A stretch of 63,234 nt of DNA, the filler included, from Sphacelaria rigidula (Eukaryota): NCBI GenBank assembly GCA_964200075.2. It is 9 parts of 9 records of this genome, joined end to end, with 100 filler letters (N's around TTAATTAATTAA, not from the genome) between each part and the next. Parts side by side here need not be neighbours in the genome. Positions count along the whole stretch, not along the records: positions 35,187 to 42,123 come from CAXNAA020017324.1; positions 42,224 to 49,160 come from CAXNAA020017325.1; positions 49,261 to 56,197 come from CAXNAA020017326.1; 6 more parts are not named here. One strand, written 5' to 3'. Every line of letters begins with the position of its first letter. Position 1 is the first letter of the stretch. Both the position numbers and the translations under genes were made by a program. This document shows positions 36,194 to 49,441 of the stretch, in pieces. Under the pieces are notes generated by a model. That model saw nothing but the letters and a program-made list of their open reading frames with translations, searched no databases and was not told where the DNA came from.

Positions 36194-38062
36194 TCACCGT
36201 TTAGTGGCCTACAATCGGCATTACTGCTCTAAGAATGATCTTACGAACGGCGCGACGTCTTTGCGGCCATGCATTGGCTTAGGAAGCACAAGATTCGACG
36301 AATGCAGCACAAGTGACGGTGTGCGTGTCGGGGAAAAATATGTACATAGCAGGTGCGAACCGCACGAGCTTCGAAGGCTGCAGTGAGCAAACAAAAGAGC
36401 GATCGCAGTGTCGTGATAGCCAGGTACAGGACCGACCCGCTGGTACGCACAAAGTTGATGAGGACACCAGCCTGGAGTGCTTTGGTTTAGGCGGGAAAAT
36501 AGTCCTAAGAAACCGGGTCCAACAAGTAGTCCCATGATAATTCCTATATACCAGGCGGAAGATGTGAATACTTCGGCTGAGGCTGGGAAACAAGGGTTTG
36601 AGGCAGGGCGTGGTTTCCCTCACTAATCCGATTTTCTGCAGTGCGAACAAATTGACGGGCCGATAACCTCATCATCACTCGAGCAGTCAATGATGACACT
36701 CGAAAGGTCTGCTGTGCACAGCACGAGTCACGCCCAAATTGAATGTCGTATGTTTTCAGGTTCATTTCGATACACGTCAACTTCTTCAAACACGGTCCCG
36801 CACCGCCAGAAACTCACGTCTGCCGAAGCTCTCGACGAGGCCCGTCCAATGACGCAATATTCGAGGGCATGGTCGCCGAAGTTTCATGATGAAATCGGAG
36901 GGCTCGGTACTGGACCAGCACACACTGGCAGACACTGCTGGTACTGTCAGTGTGTCCTGGTACTGGACAAAGAGCAGCCAGTACTGCCGATACTTTCCTA
37001 TCCACGTACGTCCCGCTATAACGCCTCATTGTTCAATAGATCCCATCGAATCGCGCCGCAAGTGGAAGCGAATTGTATCTTTCTGCTCCAATATAGCAAC
37101 ATCGCGTGAAAACGCACCTCAAGCGGGGCGCCTCCGGCGGGGCTTTGCCGTCGACCTGAGGTACTGGCAAGATCCAGTATACAGGCTGCGTGGGCAGCCA
37201 GCACATAATTTACTGGCTGATTGCGCCAGTTCTCAGCTCCATAAATCAAGGTTGATACAGGCTGGGCCGCCCAAGAAGCGGGCTTTCCTTCAGCCGGTTG
37301 TAACTGACGAGCTATCGCGAGTTGTGCCAACTTTGACGCATGTGGTAATCCGCAAATCAACGCGGGTCTTTCACTTCACGTAGCACTGCGATCTGACAAG
37401 TTCTCATCAAACGAAATACCAAATTGTAGTCAGCTGCGAAGTGTAGAGACTTGAAAGTGGCATGTGCGGCGGAAATAGGGGTAAAAAAGGCTGAAATCGC
37501 ATTTACGGTTAGCGTCGGCTGTGCCGCGGCCGCAAGGTGATGGTGCTGCACTAGTTGTGGTTTTACAACAATGCATGTCGTACTGTACGCGCGCAGGGTC
37601 TGAGATGGCACGCAGACGAGACCTCCAGCGCCCCACGGCGTCAAGTTTGTAGAAAACGTCAAGGCTCCGGCTGAGGTTGTTGTACTCTAAAAGCAAGTGA
37701 ATCGGTTCTCGACAGAAAAACACAATTTCACTGCTCAACTTCAAGTCGCTTTCCATAAAATTTTGACACGATATACATTAGGTGTATGTGAAGCCCCTAC
37801 CATTTCCCCCTCTCGGTTTTTCTTTTCTTTCCTCGTGAGTTATTGGTGATTCCAAAAAAACGGAACATTTTTCCCTGGTACGAAAGCGTCGACAACTCAT
37901 TGAAGGAAACAAATGTCAAGGGGGGGGCAATAGGGACTTCACAACATACCTCATGCGCATCGTGTTGGAATGTCGTGCAAAAAAACTCGAAATTGAACAG
38001 CATAATCGCGTTTCAGTTTTTCGTGGCTGGTCCATCTCCACATAGGAACCAGTCTTGGACAC

Positions 38063-38358
38063 GAACACGCGATTTAGCAGAGTGTATTTTCGGGTCGTTT
38101 TCTATGAATGTTTCACACGATGTACAGGATGTATGTGGGAAGACGCCACCCTCTGCCCGTGCATTCTTTGTTTTTTCTCCGTGAGTTATCGGCGACCAAA
38201 TACCTCGTAACAGTTTTTCGGAACAGAGCCGTGAATAACTCGAGTAAGAAAAGAAAAAATCGGGGCAGAGGGTGGCGTCTTTGTACATACGTCCTGTACA
38301 TTGTGAAAAAATATATATCGAAAACGACCCACAATTGAGCTGCTAAATCGCGTGTTCA
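38063..38358. repeat. Foldback palindrome (~125-bp arms) in a helicase intron
   Basis: GAACACGCGATTTAGCAG...AAGACGCCACCCTCTGCCC pairs with GGGCAGAGGGTGGCGTCTT...CTGCTAAATCGCGTGTTC. Confidence 0.85.
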
Positions 38359-38613
38359 CATCCCTGTCCGCGTCTTGGGCGGCCCAGCCTGTATACATCA
38401 TCACTTGCGGTAGACACGATGGATTAATCAGGTGAAGGGAAACTGTCTGTTCCAACTCACGACGCAAATGAAGGTCCCATCGCTCCAGCAAATAAAATAA
38501 AATTCTCGATGAATACTTTGGACGCACGGAAACCCGACTGGGGTACAAAAGAATTCACACACGAATTGTGTACAGTTTCATATTCGCTGAGATCAGCGAA
38601 GTAAAGTAGGTAC

Positions 38614-38782
38614 CTCCAAAACGGGCACAATGGGACGGTCGCCCATCATGTTCTTGAGCTCCAGCACCACGGAATCCAGAGGAAGTCGCCTTATCTCCGC
38701 TGCCTCGTGATCGCTCATCAAAACCTCCCCCATCATCCTAGAGTACAGCTTGTAGACCGTGCCTGGTCGCACGCGCCCCGTC
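38614..38782 (-). CDS. DEAH-box RNA helicase, exon completing motif VI and leading into HA2
   Basis: cag|(R)TGRVRPGTVYKLYSRMMGEVLMSDHEAAEIRRLPLDSVVLELKNMMGDRPIVPVLE|gta, 169 nt, phase 2/0. Confidence 0.9.
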
Positions 38783-38954
38783 CTGCAACGACGCCAGCAC
38801 GCATACGCAGTTGACTGGTTCTTGATTGATCGATACTGTACGTTGACTTCGCGAAACTAGCGGATTCGCTCCGGATCTAGCCATGGCCGCACAAGATAGA
38901 CAAACCCGAGGCAAATGAATGCGAAAAAACTCGCTGTATGTAAACTCGAGACAA

Positions 38955-39243
38955 GGAGGGGTGTTCTCGTGATCTTGCATGCTGTAGTCATGAGACCGTT
39001 GAGCTGAAATCCCTACACAACCCGGGCAGAGCACGCCGGGTTTTCGCCGGACCAGGCTCGCAAGAAATCAGCATCAAGCGCGAAGCGCCGTGATGTGTTC
39101 GGCGAGTCGCATGAGGGGTGAGCTGCACCCTACCAAGTTTTTCGGCCCGAAGCGTACTAACTATCTCGCACGTTGACGAAACTCTCGAATGCGTTGCTTC
39201 GTTCTCCGGCATCGCCACCTCCAGAGACAGCCACGGGTTACAG
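38955..39243 (-). mobile_element. Family A repeat
   Basis: Aligns with 2551-2833. Confidence 0.8.
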
Positions 39244-40342
39244 TAGCCGAACTTGAAAGATGGTATTCAATCAATCAGGATTTTTCCACGACGATTTGTC
39301 ACCTTCACTCCAGACTTCGAGAATCGGTAGGCGTTGAAAAAAGAAGCAAGACGCCCTCACGGCACATCGCCCAATTTTGTGTTGTTGTAACCATACAGAG
39401 TAAACCCTGTTCATCGAGGGGGTGTTATCGACCGCATATGGCCCACAAACAGGCTTCTTCCGCTCTAGCGAAGTGAACATCAAGGAAATAGCAAAACGAA
39501 AGGGCATAGAATTGTTCGTTATAACGATCTGGATCGGATTGGTCGAACGAAAATTTAAAAGAGCGCGAAACAGGGGTTGTACACTCGCCGGATCCCCAAA
39601 GACCAGTCCGTATCTCGTTCAAAATTGGTCGTTGATCACATTTTCTGCTTGAAACTCATGTCGGGTACTCATGTCTCTCGATTCCCAAAGTTTGAGATTA
39701 AAAAAAAAAACATGATAAATCATCATAACCGAAAAACCTGAAAAAATCGCCTTCGATTGAAAATGTTCTGTTTTAAAGTTTGACTACTACACACTGCTTC
39801 ATGGATGTCTCACCATTCGAGACAAGGGTGTGGGAGGTGGGAGGAGGGGGACACGACAAAAAAATAAGAACAGGGAGAAAAGGAACAGAGTAGCCGCAAT
39901 GACAACTAAAACAACGGATACAACAACCATAACAGAAGAAAAGAGAGAGCAAAGGAACTGAAATGAAGACAAACGGATAGACAGACACACCGCGCATACA
40001 CACCAAAAATATACAAAAACTCCTCAAATGCCCGGCAAGTCATTCCGCAATCTTTGGCACGACTTTGCCTCTCCTCATATCCATGGCTGATTGAATGAAT
40101 AAATATGATATGATATGCATATACTCGTTTATTTCCCATGAACAGTGCGGACAATGATTCGCGGATATTTACACGTGAGCCCGATAGGTTCTCCCAAAGC
40201 GCCTTTGCCAACGTACCGCAAGCAGCCACGCAAAGTTGTTCTCAAACCGATGCCTCGCTTGTGCAGCGTCGATTTCCGCTCCAATACACAGCTTTCGCTC
40301 GAGGGGGCACTCGCCAATCCCCCGCCCGTTTTCCACCGTACG

Positions 40343-40415
40343 GAAAGGGATGCGTGGCCAATGGTCGAACGACTGAGGTAAGCATGAGTACGCCCGTCCT
40401 CCCCCCCTCCCCTCC
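40343..40415 (+). mobile_element. Short 3' tail of the 24354-25904 LINE family
   Basis: AAGGGATGCGTGGCCAATGGTCGAACGACT...ATGAGTACGCCC plus a C-rich tract; matches 25846-25904. Confidence 0.7.
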
Positions 40416-40445
40416 ATTTTCCCAAAGCTTCTCGTCTGCTTCTGT

Positions 40446-40630
40446 CTGCTGTTGTTGTTGTTGTTGTCTTCATATAAGAACACCGTACCGATATCTGCGT
40501 AGTACCCTGTACTGGGCATCTGATGCGGACGCTTTCCGTGGTCACAGGCTAACTACCCCAAGCTAGTGTGTAAGAAAACAATGAAATAAATTCGGACCCA
40601 GAAACAAGTCACACAGACGCGAAACGAAAG
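40446..40630 (-). mobile_element. 5'-truncated RTE LINE 3' tail with (CAA)n
   Basis: 40446-40551 matches 12810-12918 (TACTGGGCATCTGATGCGGACGC.TTCCGTGGTCACAGGCTA). Confidence 0.8.
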
Positions 40631-41251
40631 AATAGCTGTTATAATAGTGAGCTAGCTCAGTATTCCGGACGCCAGTATGCTGACAACAACGTGGACCCCA
40701 AGTAGTGATTTTGAAAAATCGACACCTTGCGTAAAGTGTTCGCGCAAACAGTCATCATACCTGTAGAAACCCGCTGTTGCTGTATTAATAGGAAGCGTTA
40801 ATGTCAGTATATTGGGGTCTGCGAGGGTGACCCGCTCCCGATTTACTACATGGTAGAAAAAATCTGAAGGAAAACTGGCAGATGGACACACGTTGCAATA
40901 CATGTTTGCGGGAATACTCTCGTGAAATCAATTAACTGATCGTCTGACGTACTGTAAGTGAATAGAGGGGGCAAACGACCTCGATAGACAGGATAAGGCA
41001 CCCTCATTGTTCACATTGGCGGTTAATCGTATAAGCACAGATTGAACTAAACTAAACATAATCAGCGAGTGTTGAAGACGAGTGGGGGTTGGAGACAGGA
41101 CCAAAGCCACCTTAATAACGGGTCCATACCCTAACTTCGAGGAAATTGGGCAGAGTCACCGTACTTTCGACAAAATCGACCCAAGCCACATTTAGTACGC
41201 CATGAGTACCACCCAGGGCGAACAGAAACCGTTCTATAGCGACATCCACAC

Positions 41252-41334
41252 CTTCCAGTCCTTTGAACGGCCGATGCCTTGGATATCCATACTGGCGTGA
41301 GGGTGAACCGTCCGGTGCGCTCATCGTGCTTCAT
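41252..41334 (-). CDS. DEAH-box RNA helicase, exon with first half of motif VI
   Basis: cag|MKHDERTGRFTLTPVWISKASAVQRTG(R)|gtg; splices to give WISKASAVQRTGRTGRVRPG. Acceptor position less certain. Confidence 0.88.
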
Positions 41335-42123
41335 CTGCTTCGTCCCCACCATGGAAAAGGTGATGCACACATATTTTGCGGGTATTGTACGTACAAACAC
41401 GCGTGGGTCAGTACCAGAACCATATTATCTCTCTCGCATTCGCTACTGCTCTGCTATGATTTCAGCCGTGGTCGCAAAACAGAATATATACCGGGTACAC
41501 GAACAGAACATGCTCTCTCAAAGAAACATGACTGGAAAGAAAAGGGCAACTCGAAAACAAAATTGACATTGAAATCACTGAAATCTACATTGAAATCTAC
41601 ATTAAAATCAAAATGAAAAATTTACATTAAAATCAAAATTAAAATCCAAGATACAAACAGAATAAATGGGAAAAAAAAGGGCACGATATAAAGAAGGTGG
41701 ACGCTTGGCTCTGGGACCGATCTCTAGAAAAACTCCATACGTCGGACAGCTCATGAGCTGCCTGAATATTACTTCTCATCATAGTACTTATTCGGATCAT
41801 GTGCTTGCTCATTTGGCCACGTTTCCCGTATTAGCTCCCGATAGCGCTAGACGCCGAGCACACGAAGTAGCGTAAAGGTATCGCTTTGGCATCTCGAACA
41901 CTGCTGTCACGTATTTCGTGTTTTTGTACAGCGGATCTGATAGTTCTCTTCGATGACTTACGTAGGTAGCTGATGAGCTGTCCGACGTATGAAAAACTCC
42001 GAGATGACTCTTCGGTTTTGAAGTCATCCTACGATAGGGAGGGGGGGGGGGGGGGGGGGGTTTTGTTTGCCCGAAAAAAAAAGGGGTCAAAACGTGTGAG
42101 GACCCCTCCCGCACCCCCGGCGC

Positions 42124-42223
42124 NNNNNNNNNNNNNNNNNNNNNNNNNNNNNNNNNNNNNNNNNNNNTTAATTAATTAANNNNNNNNNNNNNNNNNNNNN
42201 NNNNNNNNNNNNNNNNNNNNNNN
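42124..42223. other. Artificial contig spacer
   Basis: N44-TTAATTAATTAA-N44. Confidence 0.98.
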
Positions 42224-42699
42224 AGGATGTCTGACACACTTATGCGCCTCTGTTTTCGTGCAACCAAATACCCCCCCCCCTATCGTAGGATGACTCATTC
42301 CATGATGTTCCTCATCAACCATTATCTACGAACATTTGTTTAGGCCCCCCCGTTAGACGGGGAGGGTAGGTCACCTGCTGAATCGGCATCAATTTTCACT
42401 TGAAAAAAGTGTGCGTGATCCAGATGGACTACCCGCATCGTAGTTCAAGAGTTAACCAACGTTAGGCTATACGTTTTAGAGTGGATAACACAATTTTACA
42501 AGTACCGCTACCCCTACTGTACAACCCTGACCCCAACGCAACGCATACCGAGAACCCTCGGGTAAGGGCGGAAAGTACATTCCTAATGCAAAGTGCGGCC
42601 TTGGTAGACCCCAAATCGGCGCCTGTGCAGTAGAATTTACCGGTATTGGGCTACGTTTTAGAATGGTTGATATCTCTCGATTTGAGTGTGAACGCCGAG

Positions 42700-43650
42700 A
42701 AGCGGATTTTATAATATTCCGAGAGCTAGATATCCTCTCCGAGTAGCAGTCGTAGAAACGGTAAGATAGGCTATCGGAATCATATCCTACAAATGCTCCT
42801 TCCCAACCCTTTTCTTCTGATTTTCTTCGATGACGCTCTTTGTGGACAAACACCCTCGAACCGATGGTTCGCAAAAATGACAGCTTCGGTCGCTTGAGAA
42901 ACATTCGATGGTATGGGCTGTCTCCGTTAATGCTGGAGTTCGGCAGGCGGTGGATAAAAACGACCGCAGTTGCCTCAATTCTACCACAGAAAACTTTCGC
43001 GGATTTGCATCATTTGGAAGACAGCGTGTGATCTTTCGGATAGTTCTTCCGTCGCGCTCGGACATATTATTTTGTTGAGGTGTATAAGGGGCTGTGAATC
43101 CTGGGAGAATGCCCGTTGTTTGTGCAGTATCTTGTGAAATATTCCGCAAAAAATCCATCCCCGCGTCTAAGCGTAGGCGATGTACGCGGAACCCCAGCGC
43201 GAAAAACAAATCCTGGATGAACACTGGGACAGTGACTACCGTATCACAAGATATTTCGGCTCCTGATGCGGTAGAAACTGTACTACATGACGTCCTCTCC
43301 CCCGAAGAGAAGGGATTCGATTGAATATGATTAGCACTGGGTGCATGTAAAACTGGCTGATCAAATCCAGGATTAAAACGTTGGGTTTGGTCACTGCTCA
43401 ATTGATAGCCATGCAACGATGCACGGGCTTCGTCTGACTTGGAACCCTTCAAGGCAGCGTTAGCATATCCAGGGAACCCACACCACATGGTTGAACCCGC
43501 GGTGACCGCCGTTGATTCACGTGTATGATGTTTGTGACCTGGCCGAGCGAAAACAAATGTCTACATAAAATTGTGGATACTTCTGCGGTGAAGTACTGGT
43601 CATTGTTCATCTTTAATTGTGGGATTGTACCATCCAATGAGAAATGAAAT
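42700..43650 (-). mobile_element. Ty1/copia LTR retrotransposon relic (integrase core plus SH3-like region)
   Basis: GFRVHRLRLDAG, FTAPYTPQQNNMSERDGRTI, LSFLRTIGSRVFVH...GWEGAFVGYDSDSLSYRFYD. Frameshifted. Possible gag remnant upstream to about 44900 (DYVGKSGNHNC). Confidence 0.88.
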
Positions 43651-46552
43651 ACAGAAGTAGAAAATAAACAGGCAGGTGGCGGGGCTTAGGTGTTGGGCTA
43701 AGCAACGCGTCCTGGGTTACCCCACTGTATGCTATTTGGAATCTCCGCAACTTGTAGAACGTTCCCAAAAGGTTGTCAAGTTATGAGGTGAGCATCAATG
43801 CTGCGTGGGTACCGCCCTGGCGGGATTCAGCCGCGGCACTTGGTCCACTCATGTGTAAACGTCTACCGTTTTGTGAATGGACTGGTGCATTCGGTTGAAA
43901 ATGTACCAGGTCAGGTGGGTCAGGCGGTGAATCAGTTGTCGCCTTGGGGGCGGAGCAGGCGACCGCACGAACGCAGTTGTGATTGCCAGACTTGCCAACA
44001 TAGTCCCAAATGACGCGAAGCTTCCAAGTGTGTTTTTGTCGACAGCTTTCAGTCTTGCTCCGCAATTTCCAGAGCCTTCGTGAATTTGCGTATCGCGCGT
44101 TCTAGTTCATTCTGTTCGAGAACATTTATCTCACGGGGGACCTGCGCGGGCTCTTGCACCCCGAAAAAACCCTCATGTTCACCCGCCTGGAGGCGGGCAG
44201 GTTCCAACTCTTTCAACCCACGTTCAAGCTGTGCCAGATTGATGTTATCAATCTGGTCCCAGCACTCGTTTTGTTCCGCGACCGAAAAATTGTTTACAGT
44301 GACGCGGGAGAATCACGGCTGGGCAGTTTTGCCGAAGCCGGTCGTGTGTTTCGTCACGCGTGGGCAGGGATTGTTCCGATTTGGGTGGCGTATCAAAAGC
44401 CAGAGTGGGGCGATCAGAGGGTTCTCAGCACCGGTTTGGGTGCGGACGTCATCGTCAGAAAAGGTTTCGGAGTATCAGGGCTCACTTGAAGGGGTGCCAT
44501 CTGAGGTGAAAGTGGGAACATCATCAGCGTTTTGAGTGGCTGGTTCGTGTACAGGGGAGTGGGCACCAACGGGGTTAGGGTGAGCATGTGGAGGAGGGTT
44601 GTCTTCATCCGCACTCACGTTTCTGAAAAAGACGTCCTGCAACAACGCCATCATCAACATCGAAACGTTCCGGCTCGTTGTTGCCAACCGTCCCCCTACG
44701 CATGATTTGGGTTGGCTGTACGGTTGTTTTACCGTTGTCTGTAGGGAGCGCACCGTCTTTCGTGACGTCGAGCTCCGATGAAGTCGAAGGGCGGTTGATA
44801 CCAGACATGGCTTGTACACTTGCGCAATTGCGCCAGATCGGTAACGTAGAGATGCGGAGGTTGAAAAGTGAACGTTTCGTCGTGGGGGCGGCGTAGTTGT
44901 TGAGGACTGAGGCGGAGTGAACAAAAAGAAAAAGGAGGAGAGTAGCAAGGTACTGTCGACAGTCGATCGACACGTAGTTCCGCGCACTCCGCACATGCGT
45001 GAAGTCTACCACCTTTTCAGTCAGGCGCAGACGAAAGAAAAAAAAGAATATGTCGAAGGCACACAATTAGTATGTGTGTATATTGGAATAAATTGTACCA
45101 GCAAGAGACAATAAAACGAAGGTTGTCAAAAGCAACAGACATACAGTGTCTGTCACCAGCGCAACAGCGGGCTTCAACAAACCTGGATGCCACGAAGGAA
45201 TATACGTGGGGGACGCAGCGAACCGCAACGTCAAACCGATCACTTCTATCTTGAGAACATGTTGAGGTTGAGAGAAAAAAAAAAACTGTCGGATGCCGTA
45301 TCGTATTTCCAGAGGCAATATCAGCGCAGCTGGCGATACTCATATAACAGCGCCGCCTAGTTCACTGAAAATAGCCGAGTTGGAGTCTTGGTGACGTGCA
45401 TCGTACAGGTAGACAGTTAATAAATGTACAAGTACAACCGAAATACAAATGTGTAGTGCAGTGCAGACAGCAGCGTAAAAAGCACCAGACGACGAAATGC
45501 TGTGTGGTACAGTACAGTACACATGATCTTCACGTGGTCCAGCGGGCGTGGTCAACAGTGCAGTACGATATCAATTTGTTCGCATCACATGAAAAAAATC
45601 CGACACAACGTTATACCCGCGCCGTGTTCTTATCTACAATGCAATATAGATTACTTTGTTCAGACAGTGTAGCAGTACCAACGCATGCTACACCACGGCA
45701 CCTCACCGTCCGCAAGTTATTCCCCGCTGGGACCATTTGTAATTGAAACGGTGCTGTACTGTCGTCAGCACTTCAATTCGGAACAACATTTCAGCGGGAA
45801 AGGTGAGTGGCCTTCTGGACGACCAAGTATGTACTGTAGTGCGTGTTGGTGGGGCAGCAATCAAACTGTAGTGTACACTGGTGCCGTGCAAAAGTAACAA
45901 AAGTAGAGAGCCGAGCGCTTGTGTACAAGTAACATGAGCCTCGCGCATCGCCGTGTTCAATCATGCTCGTGTACAGACAACATTCGTATCCTGGTCCATC
46001 ATGCCGCATCGATATAATTCGGTGCGTATGGTGGCTCAACGTTCCGTGTTTGGGCAAGAAAAGTCGTATGTACAGCGGGCGGCGATTGAACTAGCCCGCG
46101 AACTCTTTACCTGCAAGCATGAATCGGCGTGTGTTCGGACACATGTCGGTCGATTCGGTTGATACAGAATCGACGGACTGTGAGCAGGGGCGCTTGCGGG
46201 GGCAGGTGGTCGGGAGGGCGGTGAAAAAGCTACGGACCCTTGAGGGGCATATCTCAACAATGAACGTGTGAGCGGCTCTATTATCCGAGAACCGCCCGTA
46301 GGTGAAAAAGGACACGGCACTTCAGATCGAGTGTGCATAAAAACGCTATGCGTTTTCTGTGCAGTGTAAAACGTTGCCAGAGAGAGCGCATCCGCCACAG
46401 TGGGTTGGCTTGTACCGTCGATATGACCTGCAGGGTGCGGGGAATATGCTTGTGTAGCAAGAGAGGGCTGACGTGTGCGCTCGTACCTTGAGCGCTTGAG
46501 TGATGCTGCGATAAAGTCTGCGCTTTTGCGGCCTGAGAGGAAATCGGGATTT

Positions 46553-46817
46553 AGGCATGACTGCTGCCGAGATAGCCCCCCCCAAAAACCGGCCAAAAAT
46601 GTGCACGGAGGCGATTATCGTAAATGCCGTTAGAGCTGGTTTCGTGTTCCACGACACGACTTATTTGGGCATTATAGCTGGTTTCGGACTGCTGCAAGCC
46701 TTTCATGTGGGCGGCATTGCTGCAAATGAGCCCAATAGTGGGATCACAGCCGGTTTGTCGGACGGTCTCCCGTGCACTTTTTGTGGGGGGGCTATCTCGG
46801 CATTAGTCGCATGTCGA
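46553..46817. mobile_element. MITE-like element
   Basis: GCCGAGATAGCCCCCCCCAAAA (from 46566) and TTTTGTGGGGGGGCTATCTCGGC (to 46801) are inverted. Confidence 0.7.
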
Positions 46818-46997
46818 ATCACCTTTGACTCTCACCACAGTTCTTAGAGCCTCGGGGTGGAACATGCATCCATGACCCATAAGATAATTTCAGTCTGAGG
46901 TTCGGGCGGAGGTCACAATGTTCTCGATGGAACATTACTCTCGTGGCTGTCAGGCCGGTTTTGGCCCCAAAAGTGCAGACCCTATCGCAGCATCACT

Positions 46998-47316
46998 CAC
47001 TGGTAGCTATTGACCACTACTACACGCCATACAAATTCGGATTTCGATAATCGAAATATCGGGGTCCTGGTTGTAGGACCAATTTTGGCGTGCGATCGGA
47101 CACCTAAAATCCTCCAAAGTTGTTTTTTCACCCAGGATCCCGACATTTCGGTTATCGAAATCCAAATTTGTATGGCGTGTAGTAGTCATCAGTAGCCACC
47201 AGCAAGTGAAAAAGTTGAGGCATACTTCGAAGATTTGGTGTAGATACGAAGATTTTAATTCTCCGGGTTTTCACCCCCAATGAAAGATCCATCCCCAATT
47301 TTTAAAATCACATGTA
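46998..47316. mobile_element. Foldback MITE of the 22269-22697 family, left arm truncated
   Basis: Direct homology to 22378-22697; internal palindrome 47001-47202. Confidence 0.85.
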
Positions 47317-47689
47317 GGGCTTAACGATTTGAAAGTGGTGTGTATGTAGACACTGGTACATTATTCAGGCTACAACTTCAAGACAAGTGTTTGAGGTGTT
47401 CATTATTTTCTTCATCGTTGATGCTTACCATTTTGAGCGTGGTGTGTACGTAGACATGAGTATGTCATCCAGGCTACGTTTTTTTTACAAGCGTTGAGTG
47501 TTGGTCTATCTTGTTCGTTTCTCCTTGTTTTGTGTTGTTTCATTGAGGTTGGCTTTCAGTTTATATTCGCCGGGTACGTCTATCTCATGGGTAAGTTTGG
47601 ATTCGTCGAGGATCACTCCATGTAAGATAGCACTATCATCTACCATGTAGTATAATTTTTGTCAAGTACATGTTCATCCACGTACATAA

Positions 47690-47984
47690 CAGCGTTTTCG
47701 TGATGCTGAGATTAAAGCGCTGATTTAGAGTGGCTTTGACATTCGCTTTAACACAGCCATTTTTCCATTCCATGCTTGCTTTTGTTCGCCTTCATCACTG
47801 GCGTGTGCTTACAGCTACGCGTCGGTATCCTACTCGGGGATATTAAGGGCTTCAGTGTCAAGCTACTTCATGAAGCATATCGGACCTCGTGGGGGGGCAT
47901 TTCGGAACTGAAAGGCTTCATTAATTACTTGACAACTTTTCACTCTCGATCGTACCCTCTACTCTCAATCCCACAAAAACATTG
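47690..47984 (-). mobile_element. MITE family B
   Basis: CGTTTTCGTGA...GTGTGCTTACAGCTAC...CTCTCAATCCCACAAAAACATTG; homologous to 10051-10330. Confidence 0.8.
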
Positions 47985-48795
47985 TTACATGTACTTTTTT
48001 TTTCTTGACGGAAGGAGGAAGCCCAACCCAACACTTATCCCGCAAGCGAGTCACGCAAGTGAGTTTGTGTGCGCCGTGTACCCGGAGGCTCGTCTAGACC
48101 AGCTTGCGACAGTCATGTGGGGATGGCACCTCGAGCGGTGGCTCAACGCAGTGTAGGGGCTGCTCCCACTCAAACCCCTTATCAACTTGGCGCAGTACAC
48201 GCGCCACCCTGCTCTTAGGAGCTTCGAACCTGGGACGAACATGTACCAGCCTGGATTCGTTTTTGAGGTTCAACATTTAATTGAGGTTCAACGGACCATC
48301 GAAATTCCATTTACTTTGTTCAAAAGACCCGGGATTACTATCGCAGCCGGTTTCGACCATGTGCCCCTAACCCAGAAGTTTCTGCACGGCAGCGAAAGCA
48401 TGATCATGAGCAGTCCAACAGAAAAGCCGCCGTCATTCATTGTGCGGTATCTCTTGAGCAAACCCTACGTCTTGGCGCTACGAAACACGTAACAAAGCAT
48501 GCTGAAAACATACTGATTCCAATTTTCAAATTAATGGTTGTCTCAGGCTATTCTAGATTCGGCTTTAGATTTCTGTGACAGAAAACACTCTCGTTTTTTT
48601 CGGAATGCTTGAAAAAAAACGAGCAGAACTTTTTGAAAAACTGCTAATAAGGACCCCATTATCTTGAGTACAGGGTGGTACATTCAGCACTAGATAACTC
48701 TGCAGTGGTATATGGAGTGCAGAGTACTACTCTCAACACCAGACAAGGCAGTTGTGCAGTGTTTTCTATTTTGAGAACCTAAACACGGACCTTTA

Positions 48796-48883
48796 GTGTG
48801 AGTGACCCCGGCTGGTGCGCCCACACATACCAAAAGGTCTAGACCGGCGTCCAGAATAGATGGGACGACAACGCACACGCACA
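48796..48883 (+). mobile_element. SINE family C 3' tail only
   Basis: GTGACCCCGGCTGGTGCGC...CGTCCAGAATAGATGGGACGACAACGCACAC. Confidence 0.8.
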
Positions 48884-49160
48884 GTGTACAAACAAATGCC
48901 GCACAGCAGACAGCAGACAACTTGTAGTCTGCCGATGTGTGGGGGGGTGCTGCTCTATTGCAGCGGAATATTCGAGGTGAGAATACCACATCAAACCCAA
49001 GAACAAAGGGAAGAGGCGGATGCCCCGAACAGCAGCGGCCCAAAGTGGAGATGACTGACGAGTACAGGAAACGGAGCGCGCACTACTGTCGGCCCAGAGC
49101 GGAAGGAGAAGGAGGAAGATATCGTTGATCGGGGGTGGGGATGGGGCTATGGGCAGAGAC

Positions 49161-49260
49161 NNNNNNNNNNNNNNNNNNNNNNNNNNNNNNNNNNNNNNNN
49201 NNNNTTAATTAATTAANNNNNNNNNNNNNNNNNNNNNNNNNNNNNNNNNNNNNNNNNNNN
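49161..49260. other. Artificial contig spacer
   Basis: N44-TTAATTAATTAA-N44. Confidence 0.98.
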
Positions 49261-49307
49261 AAATAAGAATCAACGAAAAAAAAAACAGAAAAAAAAACGT
49301 GAGTTAC

Positions 49308-49441
49308 CTGCTCAATTGCGGCGCGATAGCTGTCAAGACCTGGCTGGTAACTCGCTGAACGTTCGTTAGGATGAGGCTCTTCAGTCGAGGGCACGACTCC
49401 GGGTCGAGAACGCACCGCAGTCCCGCTGGACCAATGTTCGA
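49308..49441 (-). CDS. F-box/LRR protein exon 8 (gene continues past the contig end)
   Basis: cag|SNIGPAGLRCVLDPESCPRLKSLILTNVQRVTSQVLTAIAPQLS(R)|gtaac; cysteine-containing LRR. Confidence 0.85.

Noticed and set aside
36280..37760. Coding or transposon relic downstream of the helicase exons
   Set aside because: No assignable motif, and I could not identify the next helicase exon.
39830..40330. Possible additional RTE C-terminal relic on the minus strand
   Set aside because: Similarity (RTTLRGCLRYVGKGAL...PRII) is too weak to support without an alignment.
42021..42296. One transposon spanning the gap (left TIR 42021, right TIR 42278-42296)
   Set aside because: The TIRs are on different concatenated contigs, and the flanks TTTG/ATTC are not a TSD.
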